From Coriobacteriales bacterium (lineage in GTDB: Bacteria > Actinomycetota > Coriobacteriia > Coriobacteriales > UMGS124): DNA of 62,545 bases. The position numbers and the translations under genes are program-made. Below, in pieces: positions 1 through 9,688 of this stretch. The notes below the pieces were generated by a model. The model was not told the DNA's origin. It saw only the letters and a list, made by a program, of their open reading frames with translations, and ran no database searches. Position 1 is the first letter of the stretch, and every line of letters starts with the position of its first letter. The stretch spans positions 1 to 62,545 of the forward strand of contig JAFWFL010000025.1 in assembly GCA_017515595.1 (NCBI GenBank), written 5' to 3'.

Positions 1-191
1 AAATAACGGGAGTCGGTATGAAACCAAAGGTTGTCTTTGGTAATAAGCGCGGTATGTGCTGTCTCGTTATCAAAGACGCGCACGGCGCCCGTAAGCCAGC
101 GCAGGCTTGCGACGTCGCGAAGCAAGCAGGCATCGTAGTTACGCTCATCCATAAGCCCACGTAAACGGTTAATACGGTTAATAACGCTCAT
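1..191 (-). CDS. Xaa-Pro aminopeptidase (M24 family), N-terminal part; runs off the window edge
   Basis: Hand translation from ATG at 191: MSVINRINRLRGLMDERNYDACLL...LRWLTG...HTDSRY, typical of the creatinase/prolidase N-domain. AAGGTGG SD upstream. Follows aroK, as in the usual aroK...pepP-efp order. Not in the ORF track. Confidence 0.75.
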   Translation of the reverse strand, partial: MSVINRINRLRGLMDERNYDACLLRDVASLRWLTGAVRVFDNETAHTALITKDNLWFHTDSRY

Positions 192-244
192 GCTCAACCA
201 CCTTGTTTTATCTCAAATTCTTATAACTTGTAAAGAAACAACCC

Positions 245-817
245 TTATAACAAACCCGCCTCATACAGCATGCCGCCAACCGTATAGGCAACTTCGCTAA
301 ACGACAACCCTCTGATATCAACGGTAAAATCAGCGGCATCCCGGTAAAGCGGCAGACGGTGATCATACAGAAGCTTTGCATGCTCATAATCGCCGAGATC
401 AGGACGAATCTCAGGGTGACAGATATGCGACAAAGCCTCATCAAGCCCAATGTCCAAGAACACTACTTTACCAAGCGTTTTCATATACTCGGTATTACTG
501 TGAGATTCAATGATGCCGCCGCCACATGACACCAGGCAGCTCTTCTCGAGCGAAAGCTGTTCCAAAGCCCTGCGCTCACATTCTCTGAATTTTTCTTCGC
601 CTATGGTAGAGAATAACTCAGCCACGCTTGCATGTTCGCGATACACCACCATGCGGTCAGTATCAAGATGCCTGCGATTAAACAAACGACCAAGATTACG
701 GGCAACCGTAGATTTACCCGCACCCAAAAATCCTATAAAAAAGATATGGTCGCACCCCATATGACGTGTATAACCGTCACCGGGGACAGCGTCGTTTACT
801 ACCGTAATGCCACTCAC
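245..817 (-). CDS. aroK: Shikimate kinase
   Basis: P-loop GFLGAGKST, DTD, GEEKFRECE, SCGGG and RP motifs. Confidence 0.92.
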   Translation of the reverse strand: MSGITVVNDAVPGDGYTRHMGCDHIFFIGFLGAGKSTVARNLGRLFNRRHLDTDRMVVYREHASVAELFSTIGEEKFRECERRALEQLSLEKSCLVSCGGGIIESHSNTEYMKTLGKVVFLDIGLDEALSHICHPEIRPDLGDYEHAKLLYDHRLPLYRDAADFTVDIRGLSFSEVAYTVGGMLYEAGLL

Positions 818-858
818 TCTACCAACCCGCGAACGTTAACTCTCTATTGCGTGGTATT

Positions 859-1386
859 CTACCACGTTACGGCTATCTGAATCATTGGCAAAACAAGAGC
901 TACACAAGCTCCCGCAACCAAATGTGGTCCAAACGCAAACGTGCGTACATGCTTTGCGAATGCATAAAACAAAGCAAACAGCGCTGCAATCAGTACCATG
1001 ATCAAGCTCATGGAACCAAGCCAAAGCGAGAAAGCGCCCATGAGCTTTATATCGCCAAATCCGAGTCCATGAGCCCCTTTATGGAGCGCCCGCCAAAGCA
1101 TTTCAAAAGACAAAAGAAACAAGGTAAACCCTGCTGCCCACGTAAGGCGCAAAAGCGGAGGCTCCAAGATAAAAGCCGGAGCCAGCACTCCACTCAGTGT
1201 TGCAAAGATTTCTGCAAAAGCACAGATTGCAATGATAGCCACAGAGGTATTGGGAAGCGTGCGCGTTTTTGCATCTGTAACGGCAGCTCGTATACCACAT
1301 ACAAGCGCAGCCAAAACCAGCGCAATACGTACGGCCGTAGAGACAGCAACTCCAGCCATATTATTGCTCTCTGTGTTTTGCGGCAA
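859..1386 (-). CDS. Prepilin peptidase (A24 family)
   Basis: Multi-TM protein with TDAKTRTLPN and GFGDIKL (GxGD) aspartates and a C-terminal FAFGPHL. Confidence 0.85.
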   Translation of the reverse strand: MPQNTESNNMAGVAVSTAVRIALVLAALVCGIRAAVTDAKTRTLPNTSVAIIAICAFAEIFATLSGVLAPAFILEPPLLRLTWAAGFTLFLLSFEMLWRALHKGAHGLGFGDIKLMGAFSLWLGSMSLIMVLIAALFALFYAFAKHVRTFAFGPHLVAGACVALVLPMIQIAVTW

Positions 1387-1864
1387 CTTTTTCTATAAGG
1401 GCACGCTCATACTTCCTGAGAAAAGCAGTATACGCGAGATCAACCGTAGTTTGCGGTTGTACAAGAATAGGCGTTATACCTGCGAGCTTAGCTCCGAGAA
1501 TATCAGTAAATACCTGATCTCCAATAAGCACGGCTTCTTCTCTTTTAATGCCAAGCTTATTCAGTGCATGCCAAAGAGAAAATGGGAGCGGTTTAGCTGC
1601 CCGGGAAACCAGGCTGCAGCCGAGCTTCTCGGCATCTTTAAGAACGTTCTTTTTCCAGTTGTTAGAGACAAGACAGATTTTGAAACCTTTTTCCTCAGCT
1701 GCTTTGATCCAATCTATCGCACTTTGCGGTATCTCTTTGGTATCACGAGGCACAACGGTATTATCTCTGTCTATCAAAAGACCACGCTTACCGGCATCCC
1801 ATAAAACATCAAGATCGATGCAAGAAACATCCTCTACCGGTTCATACCATGCATATGTCTTCAT
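1361..1864 (-). CDS. YqeG-family HAD IIIA phosphatase
   Basis: DRDNT, VSNN, AAKP and IGDQVFTD motifs. Confidence 0.9.
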   Translation of the reverse strand: MKTYAWYEPVEDVSCIDLDVLWDAGKRGLLIDRDNTVVPRDTKEIPQSAIDWIKAAEEKGFKICLVSNNWKKNVLKDAEKLGCSLVSRAAKPLPFSLWHALNKLGIKREEAVLIGDQVFTDILGAKLAGITPILVQPQTTVDLAYTAFLRKYERALIEKVAAKHREQ

Positions 1865-1866
1865 AT

Positions 1867-3138
1867 TTACGCGATACCAGCAGCCGCGTTATAAGCAGCC
1901 TTTGCATTTGCAAACTCTTCTTCTGTTTCACAGAACACGTGAGTACGCGACTCGAGATCCTCTGAACGTACATAGAAGATATAATCAGTATCTGCAGGAT
2001 AAACAGCGGCCATAATACTTTCTATTGAGGGAGAGCAAATGGGACCGGGGCACAGGCCTTCATACATATAGGTGTTATAAGGCGAGTCAACCCGCAGATC
2101 CTCAAGCGTAATAAGGCCGGTTTTATGAAGAGCATATGCAACGGTAGCGTCTATCTGGAGCAGCATTTGCGGATTATAATTCATACGGTTATACATCACC
2201 GAGGCCACCAGGGGGCGCTCATCTGCAATTGAAGTCTCGCGTTCAATGAGCGATGCCATGACAACGGCTTCATATGGTGTCAAAGAAACATCGAGCTGTG
2301 TGGCTTGCGTCCAGTCAATAGAAGCGGTTTCGAGAGCAAACTGATCAAGCAGTACACGAATAACGTCATCTGCGGTTGCATTCTTTGCAAGCGTATATGT
2401 TTTGGGGAACAAGAAACCTTCAAGCGAATCATTGTAAGCGCCCAAAAGGAAGGGATACAATCCCGCATAGTTAGATGCTTTTGCTTTGTCCATAAAGCTC
2501 TCGTAGGTAATACCCTCAAAAGCGTTTGCAATACGCTCGGCCGTCTGTTCAACGGTCAGACCTTCAGGGAGAGTAAAAGTGGTACCCGGGTCTACCTTAC
2601 CGTTTGCAAGATCGCGTACAATCTTGGTAACATCTTCTCCTCGTTTAAAGGTATAGGTTCCCGCTTTCATAATACCTTCTGCACCTTCAGAGCGTACCGC
2701 TTTAAAGAATGCACTCTTGTCAGCAATAATATTTGCTTCATAGAGAATATCTGCAATATTCTCGGTTCCGTAGCCTGAAGGGATGGTAATTGTTGCTTCG
2801 CCCTCAAACACACGCTCTTGCGACGCAAGGTTATTGAAATAATTAAAGCCTAAAATACCGCCCACAACCACGAGCAAAACGGCGGCAACAATCGCAATAA
2901 TTGCGAGAGGACTCATCTTCTTTTTGTTGGAATCATCAATATGAGCGGCATAGGTATTCATGCCATGAACACCTTTGGGTGCAACCGTGGCAGCTTTTTT
3001 GCCGCTAGCCTGCGCTCCGTAGCGGTTCATATTCAGCGCGTTATTCTCGAGCTGCGCCGAACCTTCAAGATCGTAATCATCCTCATAATAAGAATCGAGG
3101 TTTGTAAGATCTTTGGAATTAATGGGATTAAGGCTCAT
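1867..3138 (-). CDS. mltG: Endolytic transglycosylase MltG
   Basis: Single TM, LEGFLFPKTY, ASLIERE, LQIDAT, SPYNTY, PGPICSP. Confidence 0.93.
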   Translation of the reverse strand: MSLNPINSKDLTNLDSYYEDDYDLEGSAQLENNALNMNRYGAQASGKKAATVAPKGVHGMNTYAAHIDDSNKKKMSPLAIIAIVAAVLLVVVGGILGFNYFNNLASQERVFEGEATITIPSGYGTENIADILYEANIIADKSAFFKAVRSEGAEGIMKAGTYTFKRGEDVTKIVRDLANGKVDPGTTFTLPEGLTVEQTAERIANAFEGITYESFMDKAKASNYAGLYPFLLGAYNDSLEGFLFPKTYTLAKNATADDVIRVLLDQFALETASIDWTQATQLDVSLTPYEAVVMASLIERETSIADERPLVASVMYNRMNYNPQMLLQIDATVAYALHKTGLITLEDLRVDSPYNTYMYEGLCPGPICSPSIESIMAAVYPADTDYIFYVRSEDLESRTHVFCETEEEFANAKAAYNAAAGIA

Positions 3139-3565
3139 ATAGTTCCTCGGTTCCGGTTACCAGTGAATCAAACCATGCCTGCAAAAACAACGATGCGGCA
3201 ACACAATCTAGTTTACCTCGCATCTGCTTTTCTGAAAACCCCTGATCCCGCATAAATCGCTTTGCTTGGGCAGAAGAGAGGCGTTCATCTACAAAATAAA
3301 CAGGAATCCTAAGCTTTTGTCGGAGATTCTGTACGACCTTACGAATTCGTTGTGCCTGCATTCCCTCAGTCCCGTCGAGAGACTTGGGAAGCCCCACCAC
3401 AAACGCCTCGGGTTCATGATCTTCTACAAGCCGCTTGAATGTACCTGAATATGACTCAACCAATTGCGCATCTACCACTTGGAGAGGAAGCGCAACAAGC
3501 GTGCAGGTATCGCCGCATGCAACACCCACACGCTTTTCTCCGATATCTAATGCAAGCACTCTCAC
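3128..3565 (-). CDS. ruvX: YqgF/RuvX pre-16S rRNA nuclease
   Basis: LALDIGEKRVGVA, VVGLP and VDERLSS motifs; GTG at 3565 just after the alaS stop chosen as start. Confidence 0.9.
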   Translation of the reverse strand: MRVLALDIGEKRVGVACGDTCTLVALPLQVVDAQLVESYSGTFKRLVEDHEPEAFVVGLPKSLDGTEGMQAQRIRKVVQNLRQKLRIPVYFVDERLSSAQAKRFMRDQGFSEKQMRGKLDCVAASLFLQAWFDSLVTGTEELYEP

Positions 3566-3569
3566 GTTT

Positions 3570-6203
3570 TTAAGCGCCAATGCGCGAAAGTACGTCGCGG
3601 GCAGCAGCCAGGGCATTTTCTATACCCTGAGCGTCCTTACCGCCGGCCTGGGCCATGATGGGCTTACCGCCACCGCCGCCTTTTACGAGAGGAGCAACCT
3701 CTTTAATAAGAGCGCCGGCATTAAAGCCTGCATCTACCGCGCTCTGCGTACCGGCAGCAAGTATAAGTGCCTGGCCGTTTGGAGCGGCGCTTGCAAGAAC
3801 ACAGGCACAAGTTTCTCCCAAATGCCCGCGAATAATATCCCACTGAGAGCGGAGACCTTCAACGTCAACACCATCAAAACGAGCCACAACAGCGTTTACG
3901 CTGCCATAGGTCTGTGCAGAGTCAAGGGCGTCTTTTGCAAGCTGGGCAGCGGCCTGGGCCTTAGATTTCTTTTGCTCGTCCTCATAGCTCTTAAGCGTAG
4001 AAAGCACATCATTAAGACGAGCCTCAACGTCTTTTTGCGAAGACTTGAGAGCCTCGGCCATATTCTGTACCTGATGCTGATACGCATTCATATAAGCAAG
4101 CGCATCATATGAAGTAACGGCTTCGATCCTTCTTGCGTTCGCAGAAACCGAGCCCTCCGAGACAATCTTTACAAAACCGATGCAGCCGGTAGAAGTTACA
4201 TGGGTACCTCCGCAAAGCTCGCGCGAGAAGCCCTCAACGTCTACTACGCGTACCACATCGCCGTACTTTTCGCCAAACAGCGCCATGGCGCCGGTTGCCC
4301 GGGCGTCATCAATACTCATAACGCGGGTTGTAACCGGGAGGTTTGCCATAATACGGTCATTGGCAATACGCTCAACTTCTTCTATCTCTTCGCGGGTCAT
4401 TGCCTGGAAGTGAGTAAAGTCAAAGCGCAGACGGTTGGGTTCAACCAAAGAACCTGCCTGGTTTACATGGGTACCCAAAACCTGACGCAAGGCGGCATGG
4501 AGAATGTGCGTTGCGGTATGGTTACGTGCAATACGCTCCCTGCGCATACCGTCAACCAAAGCCGAGCATGAGCTGCCTACCTTAACCTCACCCTGAAGCA
4601 CCATGCAGTGATGCACGGTCAGGGTCTTCTCGGCACAGGTGGTATTCAGAACCTGAAGCTTAAAGCCGTCTCCCTCAATAAAACCGGCATCTCCGGTTTG
4701 TCCGCCCTTCTCGGCATAAAACGGTGTCTTGTCAAGAAGAACATCAACCTTTGAACCGGCGCTTGCGCTTTCAACGCTTGCTTCATCAGCAACAAGAGCG
4801 GTAATAAGAGAATCACTCTCGAGCGTGTCATAGCCAACAAAGGTCTCGTGCTTAAGCGAATCTGCAAGAGCCACCCAGACGGTATCAAACTTGGTCCAAG
4901 CCACATCTTTAACCTGGGACCTTGCACGGTTGCGCTGCTCTTCCATTGCAGCCTTAAACCCGGCTTCATCCACTGCGTGGCCTGACTGCTTGGCAATCTC
5001 TACGGTAAGGTCATAGGGGAAACCAAAGGTATCATGGAGCTTGAAGGCGATGTCGCCGGGAAGAGTTGCGCCCTCTTGGAGTGCCAAAAGCTCGGCCTCA
5101 AGATAAGAAGACCCCGTCTTAAGCGTTGCCGAGAAGCGCTCTTCCTCTGACTTAACAATTCTGTGAATGAGCTCGGAATTCTCAACGATCTCGGGATAGG
5201 CATCGCCCATAAGGCGAATGACCTCGTCAAGATAGGTGCCCATAAACGCACCCTCAACACCCAACAGACGTGCATGATAAATTGCACGGCGCAAAAGGCG
5301 GCGCAATACGTAGCCGCGGCCCTCGTTAGAAGGCAGAATGCCGTCACCAATCATAAAGGTTACAGCCCTTGCATGGTCAGCAAGAATCCTCAGTGATACG
5401 TCTTTGCGGGTGTCAGTTTGATAGGTAACACCGGTGAGATTCTCACCTACTGTGATGAGGCTGCGCATAAGGTCGCCGTCATAGTTGGCAGACTTGCCCT
5501 GCATAATGGCTGTAATACGCTCAAGGCCCATACCGGTGTCAATGTTGCGGTGCGGAAGCTCCGGCAGCGAGCCGTCTTCCTGGCGGTCATACTGGGTAAA
5601 TACGAGGTTCCAGAACTCAAGATAGCGGTCGCAATCGCAACCGGGAGCGCAATCAGGACGTCCGCAACCAATTTCGGGACCCTGGTCATAATAAATCTCA
5701 GAACAAGGACCGCAAGGGCCGGTGGGGCCGGCTGCCCAGAAGTTGTCGTCTGCGCCAAGACGCGAAATGTGGTCTTCTGCCACACCAATCTCACGCCAAA
5801 TGTCATGGGCGTCGTCGTCATCGGTAAAAATGGTAAAGTAGAGCTTCTCGAGCGGGAGATTCAGATACTTCTTGCTTGTTATAAACTCAAAAGCCCACTC
5901 GCATGCCTGCTTTTTGGTATAACCGCCAAAGCCAAAGTTACCAAGCATTTCAAAGAACGAGAGGTGCCTGCCGTCGAGACCAATATCATCAATATCGCCG
6001 GTGCGTACGCACTTTTGGCATGAACAGGCGCCAATCTCACGCATGGTCTTTTTGCCCAGATAGTATTGCTTAAACTGGTTCATGCCTGCGTTTGACAAAA
6101 GCAGTGAAGGGTCATCGGGAATAAGTGATGACGAGGCTGCTCTGCGGCAACCCTTTTCTTCAAAAAAGCGCAAAAACATTTCGCGAATCTCAGCAGATTT
6201 CAC
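3570..6203 (-). CDS. alaS: Alanine--tRNA ligase
   Basis: NAGMNQFK, FFEMLGNF, GPCGPCSE, IDTGMGLER, editing HTATH...ELCGGTH, C-terminal GGGGGK; GTG at 6203 with GAGGAG SD. Confidence 0.97.
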   Translation of the reverse strand: MKSAEIREMFLRFFEEKGCRRAASSSLIPDDPSLLLSNAGMNQFKQYYLGKKTMREIGACSCQKCVRTGDIDDIGLDGRHLSFFEMLGNFGFGGYTKKQACEWAFEFITSKKYLNLPLEKLYFTIFTDDDDAHDIWREIGVAEDHISRLGADDNFWAAGPTGPCGPCSEIYYDQGPEIGCGRPDCAPGCDCDRYLEFWNLVFTQYDRQEDGSLPELPHRNIDTGMGLERITAIMQGKSANYDGDLMRSLITVGENLTGVTYQTDTRKDVSLRILADHARAVTFMIGDGILPSNEGRGYVLRRLLRRAIYHARLLGVEGAFMGTYLDEVIRLMGDAYPEIVENSELIHRIVKSEEERFSATLKTGSSYLEAELLALQEGATLPGDIAFKLHDTFGFPYDLTVEIAKQSGHAVDEAGFKAAMEEQRNRARSQVKDVAWTKFDTVWVALADSLKHETFVGYDTLESDSLITALVADEASVESASAGSKVDVLLDKTPFYAEKGGQTGDAGFIEGDGFKLQVLNTTCAEKTLTVHHCMVLQGEVKVGSSCSALVDGMRRERIARNHTATHILHAALRQVLGTHVNQAGSLVEPNRLRFDFTHFQAMTREEIEEVERIANDRIMANLPVTTRVMSIDDARATGAMALFGEKYGDVVRVVDVEGFSRELCGGTHVTSTGCIGFVKIVSEGSVSANARRIEAVTSYDALAYMNAYQHQVQNMAEALKSSQKDVEARLNDVLSTLKSYEDEQKKSKAQAAAQLAKDALDSAQTYGSVNAVVARFDGVDVEGLRSQWDIIRGHLGETCACVLASAAPNGQALILAAGTQSAVDAGFNAGALIKEVAPLVKGGGGGKPIMAQAGGKDAQGIENALAAARDVLSRIGA

Positions 6204-6265
6204 CGTGAAACTCCTCAACTTCGAGTAAAACCGAATAAATTCCAAAGGGATATAATACCGCTTCA

Positions 6266-6309
6266 TAAAAAAACATGGCTTGATTTGTTGTAATCAGGCC
6301 ATGCTTTTT
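6266..6309 (-). terminator. Intrinsic terminator after the sigma-factor gene
   Basis: Minus strand CATGGCCTGATT...AATCAAGCCATG stem followed by a T-run. Confidence 0.7.
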
Positions 6310-6360
6310 ATAAGTGTCCACATATTCTCAACGGAGAACACACGGTTTCTATAAATCGAG

Positions 6361-7152
6361 CTATAGATCGATTTTGCCGGTAGCAGGTGCAATCTTTTCT
6401 TGCATACGCTTGAGCGTACGTTTGAGCAACCGAGAAACCTGAACCTGGCTAATCCCAATGCGCTCGGCAATTTCTCCCTGAGTCAGACCGTCAACAAAGC
6501 GCAGACGCACAACTTCCTGCTCTTTGGGGGTAAACTCGGCAAGCGCTTCTTCAACCAAAAGACGGTCGTCTGTTGCGGCAAGGTCAGTATCTACCAAACC
6601 ATACCTGTCAATAATACTTACTGAATCCTCGTCATCGCTGCTGCCGGCTTCGAGCGGCACACTCGAGTACGCTTCTCCCGATTCCATAGCTTCGAGCACT
6701 TCATCAACGCTCACGCCAAGATCCTGGGCAATCTCATCAACCGTAGGCGAACGCTTAAGTGTTTGCGTAAGCTTGTCAGTTGTCTGGTTGACTTTTGCAC
6801 TAAGTTCCTGCAAACGTCTTGGTACGCGCACTGACCAGCCTTTGTCGCGAAAATACCGCTTGATTTCGCCAAGAATGGTAGGCGTCGCATACGTGGTAAA
6901 TTCAAGCCCACGCTCAGGTTCAAACCGGTCAATGGCCTTAATAAGACCAATAGTACCTACCTGAATAAGGTCTTCAAGCGATTCTCCGCGGTTCACAAAC
7001 TTGTTTGCAAGAAAGCGCACAAGGTTCATATGGCTTATGATCAGCTGTTCGCGGGCATCAGCATCGCCTTGCGTCTGATACCGTTTAAACAGGTCTTTCG
7101 TACGTGTTTTATCCCAAGCAAGCTTAGGTTCACGGCGGTTATCCAAGGGCAT
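6361..7152 (-). CDS. SigB/SigF/SigG-family RNA polymerase sigma factor
   Basis: EDLIQVGTIGLIKAIDRF, FTTYATPTILGEIKRYFRDKGWSVRVPRRLQE, region-4 TQGEIAERIGISQVQVSRL. Confidence 0.93.
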   Translation of the reverse strand: MPLDNRREPKLAWDKTRTKDLFKRYQTQGDADAREQLIISHMNLVRFLANKFVNRGESLEDLIQVGTIGLIKAIDRFEPERGLEFTTYATPTILGEIKRYFRDKGWSVRVPRRLQELSAKVNQTTDKLTQTLKRSPTVDEIAQDLGVSVDEVLEAMESGEAYSSVPLEAGSSDDEDSVSIIDRYGLVDTDLAATDDRLLVEEALAEFTPKEQEVVRLRFVDGLTQGEIAERIGISQVQVSRLLKRTLKRMQEKIAPATGKIDL

Positions 7153-7534
7153 GTGGCTGCTCCAGTCGCTTAAACAGACGTAAAGTCTGGCCTTTTGTAC
7201 CGAGAATACATTCGTCGCACATAGACTTCATAATGAGCTCAGAGTAAAACCAAGGTGCGTCCTCTCCTGCATCCTGGGCATCCTGCATACCGAGATCAAT
7301 TTCAAACCACATGCCCTCGCCGGTCAGCTTGAGCTGTACCGTGTGCATGATTTCATTGTTAATCTCGGTCGCACTCGCATAAATAAAGGCTTCTTCTGCT
7401 GCCATACGAATATCATCGACATCTTCTACCGAGAAACCCGCGATAGAAGCCACGTTAGCCGCTGCCATTCTTACCACCCTGGCATAAGCCGGCTTAAGCG
7501 GTACACGTAAAACCACACACTCCTCTTGGTACAT
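7139..7534 (-). CDS. RsbW-like anti-sigma factor with a degenerate HATPase_c domain
   Basis: LRVP..P.YARVVR...GFSVEDVDDIRMAAEEA and ELIMKSMCDE pattern; overlaps the sigma gene; ATG at 7534 with AAGGAG SD. Confidence 0.75.
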   Translation of the reverse strand: MYQEECVVLRVPLKPAYARVVRMAAANVASIAGFSVEDVDDIRMAAEEAFIYASATEINNEIMHTVQLKLTGEGMWFEIDLGMQDAQDAGEDAPWFYSELIMKSMCDECILGTKGQTLRLFKRLEQPHALG

Positions 7535-7612
7535 AAGATTGCGCTCCTTGTTTGTAGCCTCAACAACAACAAACCGGTTATACCCGTTTATCATACATTT
7601 TAGAATACTTTT

Positions 7613-8215
7613 TTATGCCTTTTGAGAAGTTGTGTCCTCGGTATGCATCTCAAGAGGCGGCTCCGCAGGATAAGTAAAATAACCGGCGTCCTGTTCTACC
7701 ACCTCGGGAACAACCTGGCCTTGTACAGGCTCATCATTGGTAGTAATAACAACAAATCCCTTGTTGTTTCCTTTATACGTTGATTGTGGTGTGGTATTCC
7801 CTGCGGCAGGCATAGCTTTTGGCTTTGAGCCAGATTTGCCGCGGCTCAGGAAAGATTTTGCTTTAGAAGCGATCCCGCCCGCAGCCTCAGACACCGCTAC
7901 CGTAGCAACTCCGGCTTTACCCGAGATCATCGATATATCTGAGAGAATCGAATCCAGCTGCTGCAAACCATCATCAAGAGACCCAATTGCGCCAGTAGTC
8001 TCTTCAAGGAGCGGTGTTGCTTGTTGAATGGTAGACTGGAGTTCTGTTACGGTTTGATCGACGTTTGCGATGACCGGATCAAGATTTTTCACCGTAGTCT
8101 GTATTTGGTCAATAGCCGGCCTTAACTTACGCACAGTAAGAACGAGCTCAATCAGAAGCCAAATACCTGCTGCGCCCAATACTATGAGAACAATAGTAAG
8201 AATATCAATATCCAT
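7613..8215 (-). CDS. DUF948-like membrane-anchored coiled-coil protein
   Basis: N-terminal TM helix, heptad region, low-complexity tail; family assignment by resemblance only. Confidence 0.55.
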   Translation of the reverse strand: MDIDILTIVLIVLGAAGIWLLIELVLTVRKLRPAIDQIQTTVKNLDPVIANVDQTVTELQSTIQQATPLLEETTGAIGSLDDGLQQLDSILSDISMISGKAGVATVAVSEAAGGIASKAKSFLSRGKSGSKPKAMPAAGNTTPQSTYKGNNKGFVVITTNDEPVQGQVVPEVVEQDAGYFTYPAEPPLEMHTEDTTSQKA

Positions 8216-8263
8216 AACGTGCTCCCTCCATTACGAGCCCGGTAATCTCACGCTTTGTCTTTT

Positions 8264-8269
8264 ATTATA
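8264..8269 (-). promoter_or_regulatory. Putative housekeeping -10 box for the DUF948/anti-sigma/sigma genes
   Basis: Perfect TATAAT about 50 nt upstream of the ATG. Confidence 0.45.
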
Positions 8270-8326
8270 CAATTAGCGTTCATACTATACGTTAATCTAT
8301 TGTTATGCGTCTCGCAAAAAGCAACA

Positions 8327-9679
8327 TCACTCATTTTTTGCGTTTTTTGAGGCATCGGCTGCGTTGCCAAATCGCAGTATGCCGTTTTCTGTGCGTTTGG
8401 CATATTCGCTCCGGTACATTTCCCAGCCGCGGTCGCTCGGTGTATAGAAGCATCCGGGCTCCAGACCTTCAGGCAAGTAGCGCTGTTCAACCCAGGCTCC
8501 GGGGTAATCATGCGGGTAGAGATAAGCTCCATAGGTATTGCTACCGGGCCTATGCCTGTCTCGCAAATATGAAGGCACTTCTCGGTTATGCTGTGTTTTT
8601 ATATCCTCCTGCGCTTTGTTGAGGGCCATGTAACTTGCGTTGCTCTTAGGAGCAAGAGCCATATATATGCACGCTTGGGCAAGATTAATACGGCACTCAG
8701 GCAAACCTATAACTTCTGTGGCTTTAAAAGCAGCCTCGGCTACAAGCAATGCCTGAGGATCTGCGTTTCCTATATCTTCGCTTGCCAAAATAAAGATTCG
8801 GCGTGCTATAAACTTTGGGTCTTCTCCTCCGTCAAGCATGCGTGCAAGCCAATAAACCGCGGCATCAGGGTCGCTTCCCCGCATTGATTTAATAAATGCC
8901 GAGACAATATCGTAGTGGTTGTCGCCCTGTTTATCATAGTGCTGGATGCGCGAAGGGACTGCATCCTGAACATCTTGTTTGGTGATAATACCCGAGCCGG
9001 ACTCCTGGGCAAGTGAGGATGCGAGTTCAAGCGTTGTCAATGCTGCCCGGGCATCTCCGCCTGCTAAAAGGCAAATAAGGTCCCGGGCTTCATCCTCAAG
9101 TTGATAGTTATTGTTTAGACCGTCGCGCGATACCAATGCTCTGTCGAGTATTTTGCTTATATCACTGTCATCAAGAGCGGTAAGCTCTATGACTCTTGAC
9201 CTCGAGATGAGCGCCTGGTTCACTTCGAAATAGGGATTCTCGGTGGTAGCGCCAATCATAATGACGATTCTGTCTTCTACCGCATGAAGCAACGCATCTT
9301 GCTGGCCGCGGTTAAAACGGTGTATCTCGTCAATAAAGAGAATTGTTTTCCGGTCATGGATGAGGAGCCGTTGCTCAGCAGCCTCAATCTCACGGCGCAG
9401 GTCTTTGACCGTCCCGGTTACGGCAGATACTTCTACAAACTCGGCTCTTGTTGCATGGGCAATAATGCGGGCAAGCGTTGTTTTACCGGTTCCGGCCGGA
9501 CCGTACAGTATAAGCGAACTCAGCGTATCACGCTCAATAGCGCTACGCAGCCAGCTGCCCGGACCAACCGCTTGTTCCTGACCCACATATTCATCAAGAG
9601 TTACCGGACGCATGCGGACGGCCAGCGGCGCATTACTTTGCTTTTTTGCATCGTCAAGCATGGTAAAAAGTGTCTGCAT
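8327..9679 (-). CDS. rarA: Replication-associated recombination protein A (MgsA/RarA)
   Basis: PLAVRMRP, GPAGTGKT, IDEIHRF, GATTENP, SAFIKSMRGSDPDA, EDIGNADP, YLYPHD. Confidence 0.95.
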   Translation of the reverse strand: MQTLFTMLDDAKKQSNAPLAVRMRPVTLDEYVGQEQAVGPGSWLRSAIERDTLSSLILYGPAGTGKTTLARIIAHATRAEFVEVSAVTGTVKDLRREIEAAEQRLLIHDRKTILFIDEIHRFNRGQQDALLHAVEDRIVIMIGATTENPYFEVNQALISRSRVIELTALDDSDISKILDRALVSRDGLNNNYQLEDEARDLICLLAGGDARAALTTLELASSLAQESGSGIITKQDVQDAVPSRIQHYDKQGDNHYDIVSAFIKSMRGSDPDAAVYWLARMLDGGEDPKFIARRIFILASEDIGNADPQALLVAEAAFKATEVIGLPECRINLAQACIYMALAPKSNASYMALNKAQEDIKTQHNREVPSYLRDRHRPGSNTYGAYLYPHDYPGAWVEQRYLPEGLEPGCFYTPSDRGWEMYRSEYAKRTENGILRFGNAADASKNAKNE

Positions 9680-9688
9680 AGAATATCC

